Position numbers and translations under genes: made by a program. From the NCBI GenBank assembly GCA_049516875.1, contig JBEKSS010000004.1:1-64000 (forward strand): a DNA stretch of 64,000 nt, given 5' to 3'. Below are positions 59,992 through 64,000 of the stretch, in pieces. The stretch's first letter is position 1; each line of letters starts with the position of its first letter. The notes beneath the pieces were generated by a model. The model worked only from the letters and a program-made list of their open reading frames with translations, was not told where the DNA came from and made no database searches. This stretch comes from Candidatus Bathyarchaeia archaeon. Lineage in GTDB: Archaea; Thermoproteota; Bathyarchaeia; Bathyarchaeales; Bathycorpusculaceae.

Positions 59992-60453
59992 GTGACGATT
60001 TTGTTAAACAGCATCCTCATCGTTGACGATGACATTGGAGTGAGAAATATGCTCTCTTCAGTCCTGTACGATGGGGGATATCTGATTGAAGGTGTGGAAA
60101 ACGGCAAAGAAGCCATCAAAGCCTGTGAGGAATCGTCTTTTGACGTTGCCCTTATTGACATCGAGCTGCCGGACATGAAAGGCACTGAACTGCTTAACAG
60201 ACTGAAAAAGTTGCAGCCAAAAATGATCAGGATAATCATCACGGGTCACCCCTCAATCGAAAGCGCTATGAAGGCCGTCAACGAAAGAGCCGACGGATAC
60301 GTACTAAAGCCTTTCGAGGTGACAGAGTTGCTGGAAATGATAGCAAGACTCTTGACCGAGAAAACGAATGAATATCTTCGTATCTCTACAGAGATCACAA
60401 GTGCAAAAGAGAGCACTCCTGCCGTTAAGTATCAACGCCCAGACCGATGGTAG
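59992..60453 (+). CDS. Response regulator receiver protein
   Basis: ILIVDDD, LIDIELPD, YVLKPF; paralog of 8908-9381. Confidence 0.9.
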   Translation: MTILLNSILIVDDDIGVRNMLSSVLYDGGYLIEGVENGKEAIKACEESSFDVALIDIELPDMKGTELLNRLKKLQPKMIRIIITGHPSIESAMKAVNERADGYVLKPFEVTELLEMIARLLTEKTNEYLRISTEITSAKESTPAVKYQRPDRW

Positions 60454-60696
60454 GGCGCGAAGCTCTGAGTCCGCGCTCTGACCTTCTTTCCTTTTCCCCT
60501 GGCTCACAGGCTTCAGATATTCCAATAAAGTCTAGTCTGGTGTATGTCAAGTCTTCTTAAGCTGCTCAGCTATCCTGAACAACCAAAACCTTCACCAAAG
60601 CCATCGCATCATCAAGCTCTATATTTCATAATGGCCAGCATATCTATTACTTTTCGGAAAGACAACAGGATTTGATAGATTGCCCAGCACAACTGG

Positions 60697-60852
60697 CTAA
60701 TGTATACCGATAAGGCTTAGCGGAATGAAAACCCCAGTGCAACCGCCTGGAATGAACGTGCCTCTGCACTCGGGACATTTGCACAGACCATTTCCGGCCT
60801 CCACCATCTGTGTCCCGCAGTCTGGACATTTCGGACAAGTTTTCTTAGGCAT
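60697..60852 (-). CDS. Small Zn-ribbon protein (51 aa, not in ORF track)
   Basis: Hand translation MPKKTCPKCPDCGTQMVEAGNGLCKCPECRGTF...; GGAGGTGAGG RBS. Confidence 0.65.
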   Translation of the reverse strand: MPKKTCPKCPDCGTQMVEAGNGLCKCPECRGTFIPGGCTGVFIPLSLIGIH

Positions 60853-61236
60853 AACCTCACCTCCGATACAACACTTACCTTCGTCACTTCCCCATTCTGG
60901 TTCTTCCCTAAGTTCTATTTAAAGACAGCAGTCGCACCAGCACTGTCGTCCTCCACTGCAGGCGACCGATTCAATGAGCGGCGCGATTGAGTGCACGTAG
61001 TCAAGAGTATGATGGTTATTATGGGAAATCCTAACAAAACGTAGCGCGTGCTTCTTGTAAGAGCGAACTTGACAGCTTAGAAACACAGTCTCTAACCTGG
61101 AATAGAACTTAGCACCTCGGAACATGAAGGACAAACTGACTATCACCAGTCAAACCTAACTCAAACATGCAAAAGGACAATAAGCCATGCTAGAAACACG
61201 CAATAGAACAGCGTTACATAAAGAATAAATCAGACC

Positions 61237-61470
61237 ATGACCCTAAACAGTTCGGGAGAAAGGTTGAACCTAGAAGAAATCGAAGACTTCCACAAATCGC
61301 TACGAGCCTGTCCAGAATGCAAATCTGCCGAAGGTTTCTGGCTCATCGCAAAACGCGACGCGACCTTTTTCCAGTGCAAGCACTGCGCAGCCACTCTCGA
61401 AGCCTGCAAAATCTTTGCCACCCGAAAAGAACCAAAAGATTACAAGCTGGTCATAAAACTCCGCAGATAA
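61237..61470 (+). CDS. Small Zn-ribbon protein
   Basis: CPEC...FQCKHC. Confidence 0.65.
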   Translation: MTLNSSGERLNLEEIEDFHKSLRACPECKSAEGFWLIAKRDATFFQCKHCAATLEACKIFATRKEPKDYKLVIKLRR

Positions 61471-61575
61471 CCAGCACGCTCGAAACCTAATTCACAGCGT
61501 TGACAAAACCTCAACCACACACCCTCACAACAAACTTGCTCCCCCTTCACTCTCACTCTTCACATCCATCGCAGA

Positions 61576-61798
61576 GTTTTGAGGCTCAAAAAAATCACGG
61601 ATTGAGTACTCAAACACAAGGACTCCGATTCTAACACGAGAAACCCAACACCCAAAACTTCTGACACTCAAAAACCTCGCAGAATTGAGTAAAAAAAGCG
61701 CTGAACCAACATGCTTCAACAATGTTTTGACACTCAAAGAAATCACGGATTGAGTACTCAAACACAAGGACTCCGATTTCAACACGAGAACCCCAACA
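61576..61798. repeat. Dispersed non-coding repeat with 148-bp period, copy B (about 1.5 units)
   Basis: CTCAAA(A/G)AAATCACGGATTGAGTACTCAAACACAAGGACTCCGATT at 61585 and 61733. Confidence 0.88.
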
Positions 61799-61872
61799 TA
61801 AGCCCCATCCGAACCAATCGTTTAAATCCTCACAGAAAGATATCATTCAGAAAAGCGGAAGCTGGAACCCAA

Positions 61873-62652
61873 ATGTCGTACGTTTTCAACATTCCGTTCC
61901 GAGACAATCAAAAACTAAAGCACGTCATGGACGAAGTGAAAAAAGACACGAAACTGCAGACTTTATGGAGATGCGCGAACGTGATGGCTATCGATCGCAT
62001 GGGCTACACAGACCACGGACCCACCCACGTCAAAATCGTCTCCAACGTCGCACTCAAAATCCTGAGAATCCTAGTTGACAAAAAAGTCGTGCCCAGCATC
62101 GTCAAAAACTACAACATGAAAAACGATGATGCCGAAGTAGTCGTCGTGTTAGGCTCAATCTTTCACGATTTAGGCATGACCGTCATAAGAGAAGGACACG
62201 CGTTCTACGGCGCATTGCTTGCCTCACAGCTCATCGAGAAATACTTACAATCGATTTACTCTGAGGAGGAACGCACCATCATCCTGTCCGAAGTGATGCA
62301 CTGCATAGTGTCCCATGAAGACCCAATTAAACCCCTGACCGTAGAGGCAGGCATCGTACGCATTTCCGACGCCCTAGACATGGAAGAAGGAAGAGCCCGC
62401 ATCCCATTCCAAGCAGGAAAAGTTGACATCCACTCTGTTTCCGCGCTGTCAATCGAGAAGGTAAGCATTCAAGAAGGCGAACCAAAACCCGTCACAATAA
62501 GAATAACAATGTCTAACTCTGCAGGAGTCTTCCAAATAGACGATCTGCTCAAGCCCAGAATCGAAAACTCCGGCCTTCAAAACTACATCCACGTTATCGC
62601 GGAGATTACCGGGGAAAGAGAAAGGAAGATAATAGACAAATTCGAAATATGA
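61873..62652 (+). CDS. HD-domain phosphohydrolase
   Basis: TDHGPTH, FHDLG, SH, SDALD; the 5' extension in the track ORF is the repeat. Confidence 0.88.
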   Translation: MSYVFNIPFRDNQKLKHVMDEVKKDTKLQTLWRCANVMAIDRMGYTDHGPTHVKIVSNVALKILRILVDKKVVPSIVKNYNMKNDDAEVVVVLGSIFHDLGMTVIREGHAFYGALLASQLIEKYLQSIYSEEERTIILSEVMHCIVSHEDPIKPLTVEAGIVRISDALDMEEGRARIPFQAGKVDIHSVSALSIEKVSIQEGEPKPVTIRITMSNSAGVFQIDDLLKPRIENSGLQNYIHVIAEITGERERKIIDKFEI

Positions 62653-62744
62653 ACCCCCGCCCGCGGTGTCAAACCGCTCTTGCTGGTCGAACAGCAAATA
62701 AGAAATAACCAACCAGCCCATAAAGAAACAGCAGAGGACAAAAG

Positions 62745-64000
62745 TTGACAGACATCGTTCTTGTTTTTGAGGTTCACCAGCCTCACAGAATAAACAAGAG
62801 CTTCTTCTGGGAAAGCAAAATGTTCAAACGTGTTAACAAAAAAGAATACTTTGACTACTATTTTGATAGCGCAGAGAACAGAGAGGTTTTTGAAAGAGCA
62901 TGCACCAAATGCTATTTTCCATCAAACAGCATACTGCTCGAACTCATCGACAGATACAAGGGAGAAAAGAAGAAACCCAAGTTTTCGTTCAGTCTATCCG
63001 GCGTTTTTCTAGAACAATGCGAGATGTTCAACAAGGACCTTCTTGAAACATTCAAACAGCTTGCAGAGACGGGGCAAGTGGAGTTCCTAAGCCAAACCTA
63101 CTATCACTCGTTAGCAAGCCTTTACCCTGAAAGAGAAGAATTCATTGAACAGGTGAAAATGCATCAGCACGTAATGAAAAGCCTGCTAGGCTACAAGTCC
63201 ACGGTTTTCGAGAACACGGAACTGCTCTACAACAACGCTGTTGCAAGAGCCGTCGAAAGCCTCGGGTATGAAGGAATCTTCACCGAGGGTGTGGAGAGAA
63301 TTCTGCACGGGAAATCGCCGAACTATCTCTACTCGCCGAAAGACCTGAAGAGAATCAAGATTCTTCTACGAAACTACAAGTTGACAGACGACATAGGGTT
63401 CAGGTTCTCAGCAAGATGGTGGAACGAGTGGCCATTGACAGCAGACAAATATGCAAGTTGGCTAGCCGCAACGCCGGGCGACTGCATCAACATCTTCCCA
63501 GACTATGAAACCTTCGGAGAACACCATTGGCCCGAAACAGGCATACACGACTTTCTCAGACACCTGACGCCTGAGATCCTGAAGTGGTGGAACCTGCACA
63601 TGGCCACGCCTTCCGAAGTGGCAGACAAACACGCGTCTAAGGGAGAGATTGACGTCCCGGAGCTGGGAGGAACCGTATCTTGGGCTGATTTGGAGAGGGA
63701 CGCAAGCTGCTGGCTTGGAAACACTATGCAATGGGCCTACTACACGACTCTGAGACGCTTGGAACCACTCGTCAAAGAAACAGAGGACAGAGAATTCCTG
63801 AAAACATGGAGGTACTTCCAGACAAGCGACCACCTCTACTACATGTTCACTGCAGGCGGAGCCCCGGGCGAAGTTCACTCCTACTTCAGCCCGTTCAACA
63901 CCCCAATGGACGCTTTCGTAACCGCACAAGCGGCAATACTGGACTTTGAGAACAGAGTAAGACTCGCCGCGATAGTTGCAGATGAACCATTCCTCTTCTA
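62745..64000 (+). CDS. GH57 alpha-amylase-type glycoside hydrolase, runs off window edge
   Basis: Hand translation MTDIVLVFEVHQP...FSLSG...QTYYHSL...NTEL...DYETFGEH...QTSDH. Confidence 0.9.
   Translation, partial: MTDIVLVFEVHQPHRINKSFFWESKMFKRVNKKEYFDYYFDSAENREVFERACTKCYFPSNSILLELIDRYKGEKKKPKFSFSLSGVFLEQCEMFNKDLLETFKQLAETGQVEFLSQTYYHSLASLYPEREEFIEQVKMHQHVMKSLLGYKSTVFENTELLYNNAVARAVESLGYEGIFTEGVERILHGKSPNYLYSPKDLKRIKILLRNYKLTDDIGFRFSARWWNEWPLTADKYASWLAATPGDCINIFPDYETFGEHHWPETGIHDFLRHLTPEILKWWNLHMATPSEVADKHASKGEIDVPELGGTVSWADLERDASCWLGNTMQWAYYTTLRRLEPLVKETEDREFLKTWRYFQTSDHLYYMFTAGGAPGEVHSYFSPFNTPMDAFVTAQAAILDFENRVRLAAIVADEPFLF

Noticed and set aside
49424-61798. CRISPR array interpretation of the 148-bp repeats
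   Set aside because: Sequence between the boxes is conserved rather than unique, there are too few units, and no cas genes are present.
61711-61872. 54-aa N-terminal extension of the HD protein
   Set aside because: It mostly translates the non-coding repeat; ATG 61873 is the plausible start.

Overview
Archaeal chromosomal DNA, probably Bathyarchaeia-like (inferred from the gene repertoire, BRE/TATA promoters and GGTGA-type RBSs). Three zones: (1) 1-14.2 kb and 40.3-60.5 kb are mosaics of unrelated single genes, small Zn-finger genes, toxin-antitoxin pairs and gene fragments. Nearly every unit is bounded by a short palindromic (CG)n run, consensus (T)AGCGCGCGCT(A). I counted about 40 of these by eye and found no run of 6 or more between 14.2 and 40.3 kb. 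The runs often carry or abut the stop codon, sit at the break points of a DNA-methyltransferase fragment and a viral terminase fragment, and bracket non-coding hairpin/MITE-like spacers. This is the best candidate for an undescribed cassette/recombination system; no recombinase gene is visible in the window. (2) 16.7-23.7 kb is the nurA-herA-mre11-rad50 repair cluster, interrupted by a vapBC pair. (3) 23.7-39.7 kb is a four-gene DISARM-related defence operon (SNF2 helicase, N6-adenine MTase, DEAD/DUF1998 helicase-nuclease fusion, RecD-like helicase-nuclease), with a degenerate tRNA-Leu 3' remnant nearby. The right end carries carbohydrate genes (GT4, GH130, DUF5752, GH57). No CRISPR array, rRNA, intact tRNA, integrase or transposase was seen. 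All calls come from motif recognition by eye; no searches were run.
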